NCBI GenBank assembly: GCA_043228905.1
Contig: JBHGNT010000007.1
Location: 16,678,001 to 16,742,000 of the forward strand
Length of the DNA: 64,000 bases
Origin: Azolla caroliniana
Lineage: Eukaryota; Plantae; Polypodiophyta
Direction of reading: 5' to 3'
The number at the start of each line of letters is the position of its first letter. The stretch's first letter is position 1. Made by a program: the position numbers and the translations under genes. Shown here one piece after another: positions 30,883-43,082 of the stretch. The notes under the pieces were generated by a model, which worked only from the letters and a program-made list of their open reading frames with translations, was not told where the DNA came from and made no database searches.

Positions 30883-32989
30883 TCAGTCACACATATGATG
30901 AATGCAATGAACAAGGTGCTCCGGGATTGCATACCGGAGATAACAATGTCGTTCCAAGATGACATTCCAATGAAAGGGTGTGCGGTGGAAGAAAAAGATG
31001 AAGCTATGGATGAACGGGAATGCTAAAGGTTTGTAGTCAACCATATTCGTGATTGTGAGAAAGTGTTACGGAAGTTAGAAGATGTGCATTTAACACTTTC
31101 TAGAGAGAAATCAGCATTCGGACAAGAAGAAATATTGGTAGTCGGACATCTATGTGGGCCCTACGGCCGAAGACTGTCACCAACCAAGATCGATGCGATT
31201 CAAGCTATGAAAGAAGTATGTGTGTCACAATCCAAAGTTTGAAGGTTTCTTGGAGCATGTGCATTCTACCACATATGGATTCCGCACTATGCACATATAG
31301 CGGACCCACTCTATCACTTGTTGCAGAAGGGTAAGAAGTTTGAATGGAAACTGGAGCATACCAAAGTCATGAAGAAGCTCAAGAAATCACTACGGAGGGC
31401 AGAAGCACTAAAGAAGCCGAACTATGACCAACCGATCATAGTAACGGTTGACACAAGTCCAACTGGAATCGGATGAGTCATTAATCAAGCCGATCCGGAA
31501 GGTTCGCGATATCCGATCCGATTCAGAGCAAAGGTTCTCAACGAAAGGCAACGCGGATATGCACAAGTTAAAAGAGAATTATGGGCAGTCGTGTCGGCAA
31601 TCAAATCAGATCGAGATTATTTGATCGGAGCCGAAGTAGTGATCGAAACGGATTGTCTTCCGTTACTCGGGATGATGCAGTGTTGCACGATACCGGATGT
31701 GGCTATGCTAAGATGGATTGCATATGTTAAGTCACTTAATCCGGAGGTAAGACACATCTCCGGAAAAGACAACGTTGTAGCGGATATGCTATCAAGGGCG
31801 CGGTTCGAAGATGACATAACCGAATCCGATAATGAAGAAGTTTCCGAAGACTACTTTGCTTCAGAGCACATATGCCAGGTGGACGTAATCCAAGAATTCC
31901 GGGAAGAAGAATACGAGGGAGAAAGCTTGTTGATCGAGAAAATGCTACGAGAAATCGAGGAATCATCGGACAATAAAGAGAAGAGAGCCGAGATCCGAAG
32001 TAAGAAACGGCAAGTCCGAAAGTTCTTCTTGAAAAATGGATTTTTATGGAGGGGGCCGAAAAGACTGGGTGGCATACCACTTTGAGTAGTCGGGACAAAA
32101 GAGCAACGAAACCAGGTAATGTCCGAATTTCACGAATCTGATTGGGCTAGACATCGGGGAACATGGGGAACATTTGGGAAGATCAAGCAAAGATATTGGT
32201 GGAAACATATGTACAAAGATGTCGCGGAGTTCATGGAAAGCTGCGAGAAGTGTCAAATCTACTCCGGAGTTCGACACTGAGATGAGTTACATCCGACATT
32301 CTCACCGACAATCAACTTCAAATGGATGGTCAACATTGTAGCCATGCCAACCGGGATCGGACAAAAGAAGTACTTGGTGTTAGCTCGGGAAGATCTCACA
32401 AACCAAGTAGAAGGTCGGGTGCTACGGAGGAAAAGGGTAAAAGCATGCGAGTGGAAACACTATTATAGCTAATTAGCTACTAAAATGGCCATAGCTAATT
32501 AGCTATTTGTTTAGCTAGTCTTTTTTGTGGGAAAATCAAATATTTGAAAAACTAATTTATGAAAAAACTCAAATATTTGAACTTCTGTTTCAGACGTAGA
32601 GGAACTTGGGGAATAGCACCATCATCTAAGGTCGACTTCAATGTCATCAATTTCCTGTTTAGCCTAAGTCTGATTTTGAACGCAGATGGAGTACTCAGAG
32701 CACGAACGCAGACGTAGCTCCCGCAACAGCAGAAAATCGACATTGCAGATTGAGAGCTACAACACAGAACCCGCTCAATCATCGTCCAAGTATGTTTCAG
32801 TTACAGAAACCCCAAACATTTGTTTTTTCTTTTTGACTACTATCTGAACTTTGGTGCCGATTCATATTTCCCCAAAATCGAATAGGGCGAAGTCCTTGGA
32901 GTCCCAGACAAGGATGTCTCGCAAATCGGGGAGTATCAACAGGTGTGTTTATATTACTTTTTTTGTGTTTAATCCTGTCTTTAGTGATG

Positions 32990-33440
32990 ATTGGGGTTTC
33001 TGATTGAAATTTCTGATTAGGGTTTCTGATTGAAATTTTTTATTAGGGTTTTTGATTATAAATTTCTGATTAGAATTTCTTAATAGGGTTTCTGGTTACA
33101 AATTTTGATTACAGATTAGAATTTCTGATTAGAATTTCTGAATAGGGTTTTTGTTTATAAATTTCTATTTAGGATTTTCTGATTAGGGTTTCTGATTGAA
33201 ATTTCTGATTAGGGTTTTTTATTATAAATTTCTGATTAGAATTTCTGAATAAGGTTTCTGGTTACAAACTTCTGATTACAGATTTTGATTAGGGTTTTTG
33301 ATTTCAAACTTCTGATTACAAATTTTGATTAGGGTTTTTGATTTCAAATTTCTAAATACAAATTATGATTAGGGTTTCTGATTTGCTAAGTTAAAGATTT
33401 TGCACCATTTTTGTTGTTGTTGATTAGGGTTTCTGATTCT
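32990..33440. repeat. Degenerate telomere-like repeat array (TTAGGGTTTCTGA / ATTTCTGA) within an intron
   Basis: Multiple GATTAGGGTTT units interspersed with AATTTCTGATT. Confidence 0.85.
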
Positions 33441-34849
33441 CACATATTCTGATTTTGCACTATTTCTGATTTCTGAAATGATATTTCAGATGGCTCGTTC
33501 CTCCGTATACGAGAGTGCTAAACTTCGCAAAATTTTGCGAGACAAAGGAGGACTTCCACAACACCTATGGTTTGTCACTCGAGGGTGTTGACCCTGCTGT
33601 CCTAAGTGATAAATGGATCAATGATGTAGACTGGATGACAGTATATACAGTGCCTAGAGTCAAAGGCAAGGTCAAGCTGAAGCATGTACGAGCCGACTTG
33701 TACGATGACTGCATGAGACTGCACCAGAAAGTTCATCAGGAGATCCCAGTCAACAATGAGTTGTTAGTTTCATTTGCTTGAGCATTTGCATATGAGTACT
33801 ACAAAACAGCAAAGGAATCCAGAGACCCTGAAATGTATAGGGTAGCTTGGGCAGTCTATGGTGAGGCATCGGTAAAAAGATGCCGAAAGATGGGGACCTT
33901 GGCACAAAAAATAGACAGATTTTGGAGCATGGCAGTTGTTGATGCAACTGCCGACTCCTAGCAAGACCGGGATCATACACCACACAGACACCCAAGGAAA
34001 GCCAATGTCGATGATACAGGTGAGACATTGGTTAGTTATATGCAAAAAAATGTCCATGAAGCCTGTGAGACATTGGCATTTTTTAAGACTGATTTAGAGA
34101 AAGCCACAATGGCTTCTGCAATGAAGAGCAAAGTTACTTCCGCTATTACAACGATTAGAAATAAGATTCAGGTAACTATTGTTTTGTTGGTATGTAATTG
34201 TGTTATAAATAACTTTAAGGGTAAAATGTGCTAATCAAGCATTATCTGGAATAGGTTGCGCAACAGGAGCTTGAATTAGAGGGGCCACTGGATCCCCAGC
34301 GTAAAATACAACTGCAAATAGAGATCCAGGTTATTTCAATGAACCTGGACCTTCTAGGTGTAAATACTGTTGCAGATTACAATTTGGATAAGCTTCAAGT
34401 AAGTTAACGATTCCTGACCAAAGTTGGTGTATCTTTCAACAACAGGAATAATTAATCGGTAAATTTCTTTGTTGCGTTGAAGGAACAATACATTCATCAA
34501 GAACAGGTAGTTAGCTGCCTTAAGAAGCAGCTACATTTTGTGGAGGGAATGGTAAGGACCAGATAGGATTTGGACCTGAACATTCTTGCTCCCTTACCAA
34601 ATGAAGCAAAACCAGAAAATGATTTATTGACAGTTCAAGCACGTTGCATCGCTTGCGGGTTAGGTGTGGAGGACAAAACTGCGTCTTTGTTGGTTCACTT
34701 ACAACCATGCAACCACACATACCATTTGCTTTGTTTTCAACATGCCTGTCGAATTGCTGCATTCTATTTGGGAGATTGCAGTACAGCTCTACCAAATGAG
34801 TGGAGAAAACTAACAGGTATACCATACTATAGCTTATAAGCTTAGTCTT

Positions 34850-36220
34850 TTCTAATTAGCTATCCTACTAGCTAATTAGCTACTGGCAGCTAATGAGCTA
34901 CTAGCTAATGAGCTACTAGCTAATTAGCTATTCTAGTAGCTAATTAGCTATGGTACTGCTAATTAGCTAGTACCATAGTTGTGTAAAAAAGCTAATTAGC
35001 TATCCTACTAGCTAATTAGTTACTGGCAACTAATTAGCTATCCTACTAGCTAATTAGCTATCCTACTAGCTAATTAGCTATCCTACTAGCTAATTAGCTA
35101 CTGCCATAGTTGTGTAAAGTAGCTAATAAGCTATCCTAGTAGCTAACTAAGCCTAGTAGCTAATTAGTTACTAGCAGCTAATTAGCTATCCTAGTAGCTA
35201 ATTAGCTATCCTAGTAGCTAATTAGCTATGGTACTAGCTAATTAGCTAGTACCATAGTTGTGTAAAAAAGCTAATTAGCTATCCTACTAGCTAATTAGCT
35301 ACTGCCATAGTTGTGTAAAGTAGCTAATAAGCTATCCTAGTAGCTAATTAGTTACTAACAGCTAATTAGCTATCCTAGTAGCTAATTAGCTATGGTACTA
35401 GCTAATTAGCTAGTACCATAGTTGTGTAAAAAAGCTAATTAGCTATCCTACTAGCTAATTAGCTACTGGCAACTAATTATCTATCCTACAAGCTAATTAG
35501 CTATCCTAGTAGCTAATTAGCTACTGGCAACTAATTAGCTATCCTACTAGCTAATTAGCTATCATAGTAGCTAATTAGCTACTGGCAACTAATTAGCTAT
35601 CCTACTAGCTAATTAGCTACTGCCATAGTTGTGTAAAGTAGCTAATAAGCTATCCTAGTAGCTAATTAGCTACTGGCAGCTAATTAGCTATCCTAGCTAC
35701 TACATAGTTGAGAAAGTAGTTAATTAGCTATCCTAGCTACTACCATAGTTAGTAAAGTAGCTAATTAGCTATCCTAGCTACTACCATAGTTAGTAAAGTA
35801 GCTAATTAGCTATCCTAGCTACTACCATAGTTGAGTAAAGTAGCTAATTAGCTATCCTAGCTACTACCATAGTTGAGTAAAGTAGCTAATTAATTAGCTA
35901 TCCTAGCTACTACCATAGTTGAGTAAAGTAGCTAATTAGCTACCATAGTAGCTAATTAGCTATCCTAGCTACTACCATAGTTGAGTAAAGTAGCTAATTA
36001 GCTACCATAGTAGCTAATTAGCTATCCTAGCTACTACCATAGTTGAGTAAAGTAGCTAATTAGCTATCGTACTAGCTAATTAGCTATCCAAATTAGCTAT
36101 CATACTAGCTAATTAGCTATCGTACTAGCTAATTAGCTATCCTAATTAGCTATTGTACTAGCTAATTAGCTATCCTAGCTTCTACCATAGTTTAGTAAAG
36201 TAGCTAATTAGCTATCCTAA
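34850..36220. repeat. Array of the palindrome TAGCTAATTAGCTA (~20-bp period), intronic
   Basis: Dozens of directly visible copies. Confidence 0.95.
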
Positions 36221-36947
36221 ATAGTTGCCATGTTATTGTAGAATCTTGTGGATTAAGGACAGCACATGATGTGTCTGGTGTTGATGACGCTGCAACAGAT
36301 GAGGATACTGCTGCCAACGTGGCTGAAAGTAAGAGTCCTGCTATCACATCTCCTTCAGATCAGCTCCACCCTATTCTTTTGGAACAGTGTACTGAATTAG
36401 GCAACGATGTGAAATGCCATGAAATAGTGGAAACAACATGTAAAACTGAGGTTCACAACAACAGTGTTTATGAACACTTGATGCAACATTTCTTCGAATC
36501 TCAAGACCTAGATTCCACCCTACCGAGCCCAACTACTGAAAATGTCCAAACAGATCCCTCTGTACTTGAAAAGCTAGTTCAAGAAACGGCTGATGTGCAA
36601 TTAGCTGCTGAGGCGATGGGAAGGTTGTCGGAGGAGGACACACTTGCGCATTGGGTGAAAGAAGCAAGGCTAAATGGGGAACCGACCAGAAAAAGGCTGA
36701 AGAAGGGGCCACGATCGGGAACAAGACCAGTTACTCGATCAAGGGGCCCAGACGTAGTGGAGCGAAATACTATTTAGTTGGATATGATTGTTAGCTTAGG
36801 GATTTTGCTAGGGTTTTATGAAGTTTTACTATCCTGTTGGACAAGTAAAACCTCAGATTGGTTGTTGCTTGATCCACATTATGTAATGGAACTCTATGAT
36901 GTTTTTCCAAGATAATTTGAAGAGTGTTCTTCTATGACTGAAACTCT

Positions 36948-38042
36948 TTGATGTTCAGGATGTTGATTTGTGAGACTGTTAGTTACTTTGTGAGTGTGAA
37001 TATGTTGGTGTTTTCTGATGTTGCAGAGTCTAAAGGGTTTGATTCTATTGCTCGTAAGGCCAATGGCAGTGTGGATATTGTTGATGTTGCGGCATGTTTA
37101 AAGGGCCCCATCTTGAAAGTAGATGTAGTAACTGACACAAGTGATCTAGTCACACAAGTTGATCAAGCATGTTGCACGGATGACTTGGTGTTGCAGGTAG
37201 ATGCAGCATGTAGCATGGATGACTTGGTGTTGCAAGTAGATGCAGCATGTGATACCAGTGGACTGATATCGAGCAGATCAGTAGCTACATGCACCGAGGT
37301 AATCCAAGGATTGATAACTAAGTCGACAAAACAAGAGCACCAGAATGTGAAGTTAGGCCCAACATAGTCGACTAGGGGTTTGAAGAGGAAAAGGACGCCA
37401 GTTGTGTCGGCCGAACCTGAGCTGATTGAGATTGATCGTATCCTACCAGAAAATGGTGTAACCGCGGCTCAGTTTCAGGAATGGAAACCTAAACCACTAG
37501 AAGTCAAAAGAAGAGCCTTGATCTTGGAGCTTGATAAAGTCTTGATGAGTGTGAGATATATGCAACCAAGGAGGGACACGAATCAGTTTCTAGAGTGGGT
37601 TGTGCAATACTTTGATTTGTTTATTTGGAGTGAAAAACCAAAATCAAATGTGTGGAAGTGTTTGGCAAGATTCTTCCCAAAATGGCGAAGTCGTTTTAAA
37701 GTTCAATGGGCACGAGAAAATTGTGAGCAAATGGAAACTGCAAGATTCAAGAGACTTTTTTATTTTTGGGCTACTTGGCCTGAATATAATGCCGACAATC
37801 CATTGATTTTGGATACAGAACATTTCCGGCACTACTTCAATATTCGGAGATGCTGTCTCATTCTACCTGAGGAAATGCCTGAACAGTACCTGGTGCAAAC
37901 AGTGAGCTGCCAACTAGGTGCATGGTTGTGGACTCCATACCGAGCTCGATATGCGGATAATATATGTAGACTCGTTCCACTGACTAGCAAGAGCTTAGCT
38001 GTTTATAGGAGATTTGTAGACATTTCCAATGGTAATTTATAA
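36948..38042 (+). pseudogene. Accessory ORF with an FCP1/SCP (NIF) HAD phosphatase-like domain; one premature TAG at 37365
   Basis: RALILELDKVL...RRDTNQFLEWVVQYFDLFIWS...WARENC...LILDT resembles the NIF domain pattern; ORFs 36948-37367 and 37380-38042 are in the same frame. Confidence 0.6.
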
Positions 38043-38390
38043 ATATGTAAAGAGATGACATTATTCAATGAAGAATTTAATTACTTGTTCCCACTGTACT
38101 TATCTATTGTGTAATTTGAGGAATATGTTGCAAATTGTTGATTTCATGCTATTGATGACTATTTAGCTATTGACAACTAATTAGTTGCATTTGTACAGCT
38201 AATTAGCTACTGATGACTATTTCGCTATAACTTATAACTTAAAACTTAACAAAAAAGACATGATTTTATTGAGAAAGAAGCACAGAAAGCAGACTGTATA
38301 CAAGAAATTGATTCTCAAACGAATTTATTTAACTGTTTTCGCGAAATACATGTTTGTTTTACAAGAGAACATGGTAAGTGCTACTTGTAG

Positions 38391-41300
38391 CTACAAATTC
38401 CATGGCATACTATTATAAATACATTCATACACATTAGCACCAACAGTGTATAAACCTGAGCAGCTATTGTATTCTGACATTGGGACGTTGATGCACCTGA
38501 CCAAATGAGAGTACATGTACGCCGTTGGTTTGTCTTCTAACAGCCTGTACACATATTCGTAGTCATCTAGTTTTGCATAAAAAATGCCTTCGATGTAGAA
38601 TGTCCCGGCAGATACAAAATTTCCCCATGCATCTACAATATTCTGCCTTGCACACTGTTTACTAACCGTGCACTTTAATATATAGAAATCAGCACCCTCT
38701 GAATTGCCTTCTTTAGCATTTACAGCGAAGTTATCCCCAACGTTCAGGACATCACTCAAAGTATCTCCAAGTCCCTCATATGTGAAGTCAGCATTCTGCC
38801 CTGTTTCTCCATCAACTGCTTCCTTATCATTCAGAGTGTGATACTCCCAATTCTGAATGTATGCTTTGTTTAGACAATATCTCCAATTTCCTTGCACACA
38901 ATGGAAGCAAAAACAAGTCAATTCTCTAACCGCAATACAATGACCATCCAACCTGGAATAACCGCGAACAGCATGCAGAGATCGCAATTCGGGAATTCCT
39001 TGGCACTCCCAGGTCTTCTCCCTATTTACTTCATCTATCTTCACTTCCCAAAATTCACGTTTGATATTTCGGACTTGCGAGGAATAAACACTTGTGGCAC
39101 TCGTTGACATATTTGTTCTTAATTTAATTCAACTACATGTGCACACCATCTGTCTTTAGTTGTTCATGGGTAAGTGCTCGCTTTATAACAGGCCCTGCAC
39201 CATCATGTTCTCCTTTACCATGGCCAGACCCAAAAAAATTCCATCTCATCTCCAAACCTGTTATGGCAGGATACCTCCCCACAAAATAAAATGGACGTTG
39301 AGCCTTGAATTGTGACGCAGCTCCGTCAGACCAGACCGAATGTTGAGTAAGCTCCAAACGTTGAGCTAATAACCACTACCAATGTAACTTAAAATAGTGT
39401 TGGACGAACAAGGTATCATGCTTCTTATCATCGGAAATAAAGAAATGAATTACTTTTTTAACATCACGTGAAACTCGAAAATATGTTATGTGCACAAAAA
39501 TGGTTACCTAAACTGAACACCAATGCATAGATTGAATTTCATTCTGCTACTTGAAACTATAATTCTCTGCGAAATCTACTACTGAGATTACTACATCATT
39601 TGGGAAATCAGATATGCAAGTCTTAAACTGATGGGCCTACCATGAATAAATGAAGTTGTGTTTAATGAACTTTCCTAGAGATACTACAAACAGAGACACC
39701 AAATCCCTTGGTTTAAGCATCTTCCGAACTAGATCCTTTCTTTTACACACCTTTCCTTCGAAATTGGTGTTCACTAACTCAAAGAACTTCACAGAGATCA
39801 ATATTTCACTACTCAATTCATTTGGACACCACCTAAATCTAGTAGGGCCACAATCTTGACATAAACCCATGACACATTTATGAATATGGAAGATAGCGTC
39901 AGTTTCTCTCGGACACAATATTGAATCTAATAAATAACTCATGGAAGAGATAACATGCTCAAATGATTTACACTCCTCTTGCGGGCTTGATCGACAGATT
40001 GGGCACCCACATGTGCAAACTGTATTAGTTAGGGATGCGCTATGGTGACGTAGTAGATTAACAGAGTCCTTCAAAAAACCCATCTGTACATGGTAAATGC
40101 AACAACATGTGTATCGATCCTTTAAGCGTCTCACAAAGTGTGGCTTAAGAGACTCGAATGTTCGTAGTTGAACTTTGATAGTTGGATGCATTCGTTTGAA
40201 CCTAATAAATAAATCGACCTGCGTAATAAAGGGGAATTAGTTATTCTCGTAACTAGCTAACTATCCTAGTAGTTAATTAGCTATTCTAGTAGCTTATTAG
40301 CTATTCTAGTAGCTTATTAGCTATTCTAGTAGCTTATTAGCTATCATGGTAGCTAATTAGCTGTCCTAGTAGCTAATTAGCTATCATGGTAGCTAATTAG
40401 CTATTCTAGTAGCTAATTAGCTATCATGGTAGCTAATTAGCTTTCCTAGTAACTAATTAGCTATCATGGTAGCTAATTAGCTGGTCTAGTAGCTAATTAG
40501 CTATCATGGTATCATGGTAGCTAATTAGCGGGTCTAGTAGCTAATTAGCGGGTCTAGTAGCTAATTAGCTATCATGGTGGCTAATTAGCTGTCCTAGTAA
40601 CTAATTAGCTATTATGGTAGCTAATTAGCTGGTCTAGTAGCTAATTAGCTATCATGGTAGCTAATTAGCTGGTCTAGTAGCTAATTAGCTATAATGGTGG
40701 CTAATTAGTTGTCCTAACTAATTAGCTGGTCTAGTAGCTAATTAGCTATAATGGTGGCTAATTAGTTGTCCTAACTAATTAGCTATCATGGTAGCAAATT
40801 AGTTGGTCTAGTAGCTAATTAGCTATCACGGTGGCTAATTAGCTATCCTAGTAAGCTAATTAGCTGTCATGGTAGCTAATTAGCTTTCCTAGTAGCTAAT
40901 TAGCTGGTAATAACGAAATAGCTAACTAGCTACCAGTACAGCTAATTATCTGGTAGTACCTAAATTAGCTATTGAGAATAGCTAATTAGCTATCATGGTA
41001 GTAGCTATTGAGAGTAGCCAGTTACCTATGTAGTAGCTATCCTAGTAGCTAATTAGCTATCATGGTAGCTAATTAGCTTTCCTAGTAGCTAATTAGCTGG
41101 TAATAACGAAATAGCTAACTAGCTACCAGTACAGCTAATTATTTGGTAGTACCTAAATTAGTTATTGAGAATAGCTAATTAGCTATCATGGTAGTAGTTA
41201 TTGAGAGTAGCCAGTTACCTATGTAGTAGTTATCCTAGTAGCTAACTGAGGTAAATGTAACTGATAAGCTAATTAGCTTTTCTGCTAACTGAGCCAATTA

Positions 41301-42083
41301 ACTTTCTGTGTAGAGTCAAAACAAATGTTGAGATAAATGTAAATACCTGAGGTACATCAAGAAGATGAATGGGATGCTCCTCGTATTGATTTCTTCCAAC
41401 ACGTTTCCTGCATAAATCCTTTTTATTGGGTGAAACCCTACTCTCATTAGTCCAAAACATTGTGATTACATCCTTGATTTCAAATGTTATGGGTGTCATT
41501 GGCTTACATCTTGTAGTTAGCTTTAGTAGACTAGTTCCTTCACCCGAGGAAATTATACGATTCATTGTATTGTACATTGTTTTTCTACTAACACCAATTA
41601 CCTTAGATAGCTCACTGATGTTTATATCGTCAACATCACTATTAAGTAACATCATTAGACTAGACCTTTTTAAGACAAGATCATCTTCTGACCTGCTCAT
41701 GGATACGAAACTATTACGAAGATTATTTACTAAAATAGATGATATGTTTGCATTAAGACCATCACAATCAACTAAGTCCTTTATCGATGGATCATTACAT
41801 ATTCCATAAAGTACTACCTTCTTTTCTTCATTGCTGATGTGCTTGGTTTGAACATTGAAATAGTCTACAACCTTTCTCTCTATGATGGTAGTCGCATTAC
41901 TTACATTCTCAGCTAAACTATCCTTACCTTTACTGAGTGTGGCTTTCGTATCTTTCAACAATTGACGATGTTTCCTTTTTCTTCTGCCCAATAGTTTCGT
42001 ATGGCTTGTTGTGTCCTGATAGCATCATCCCTATCCTTATGATCATTGAGGGGTAATACTAAACACCCTTCTTCCCCTTCCAT
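38391..42083 (-). pseudogene. Transposase (Sola2-like), two exons (about 42083-41347 and 40218-38391), premature stops
   Basis: Motifs VDFAENY..QNEIQSMHW, WSDGAASQFK, WNFFGSGHGKGEHDGAG and Cys-rich segments; a GT-AG intron at 41346-40219 joins DVPQ|VDLF in frame. Confidence 0.8.
40250..41280. repeat. Second TAGCTAATTAGCTA array, filling the transposase intron
   Basis: Dozens of directly visible copies. Confidence 0.95.
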
Positions 42084-42427
42084 TTGGCTGGACATGTTAA
42101 AACCCTAAATTTCCAGAAAAAAAACAAGTATTTAAGATGGCTATGGGCAACAACAATACACAAAAATATTCCACAATACACAAGATTAGACACAACAATA
42201 CACAAAATAATCAATAGACAGAAAAGTTATTGCAATCCAAGACCGAACAGTAGAGGAGTTCACTCCGTTGGATCGAACAGTTGAGAAGGCGATTCAAGAC
42301 CGACCAATGGCGACAACTGAGTGTAGAATGTTGCCGTTGGATGAGTGAACTCCGTCAAATCGAAATGTGGAAGCAATCCGGGACTGGACAGTAGCGGCAA
42401 CTGAGTATAGAATGATGGCAATGGAGG

Positions 42428-43082
42428 AGAGAACCCCGTCAGATTGAACAATTACCGATGATGCTTGGAACGCACATAGAAGGCACCTGAGAGTAGAGTG
42501 GCACAGAGAAGAGAACCTCGTCAGATTGAACAGTTACCAATGATGCTTGGAACGCACAGTAGCGGCCCCTGAGTGTAGAGTGGCACAGAGAAGAGAACCC
42601 CGTCAGATTGAACAGCTCTTTGATGATGCTTGGAACGCACGGTAGCGGCACCTGAGTGTAGAGTGGCAAAGAGAAGAGAACCCCGTCAGATTGAACAGCT
42701 CTTTGATGATGCTTGGAACGCACGGTAGTGGCCCCTGAGTGTAGAGGGGCACAGAGAAGAGAACCCCGTCAGATTGAACAGCTCTTTGATGATGCTTGGA
42801 ACGCACAGTAACGGCCCCTCAGTGTAGAGTGGCACAGAGAAGAGAACCCTGTCAAATTGAACAGCTCTTTGATGATGCTTGGAACGCACAGTAACGGCCC
42901 CTGAGTGTAGAGTGGCACAGAGAAGAGAACCCCGTCAGATTGAACAGCTCTTTGATGATGCTTGGAATGCACAGTAGTGGCCCCTGAGTGTAGAGTGTCA
43001 CGGAGAAGAGAACCCTGTCAGATTGAGCAGCTCTTTGATGATGCTTGGAACGCACAGTAGCGGACCCTCAATGTAGAGTGGC
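42428..43082. repeat. 83-bp tandem repeat, about 8 copies, upstream of the transposase
   Basis: Unit GAGAACCCCGTCAGATTGAACAGCTCTTTGATGATGCTTGGAACGCAC...; more degenerate copies from about 42260. Confidence 0.95.

Larger units (their letters stand above)
32914..36777 (+). pseudogene. Multi-exon accessory gene of the DNA transposon with a RING-H2-like finger
   Basis: ATG at 32914; in-frame GT-AG introns 32943-33489 and 34817-36241; CIAC...CNHTYHLLC...C at about 34644-34780; TGA/TAG stops in exon 2. Confidence 0.6.

Noticed and set aside
32990-33440. True or interstitial telomere
   Set aside because: TTAGGG motifs are dispersed in a longer degenerate unit inside a transposon intron, not a pure (TTTAGGG)n tract.
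42428-43082. CRISPR array
   Set aside because: Units are contiguous near-identical repeats with no unique spacers; no cas genes; eukaryotic context.
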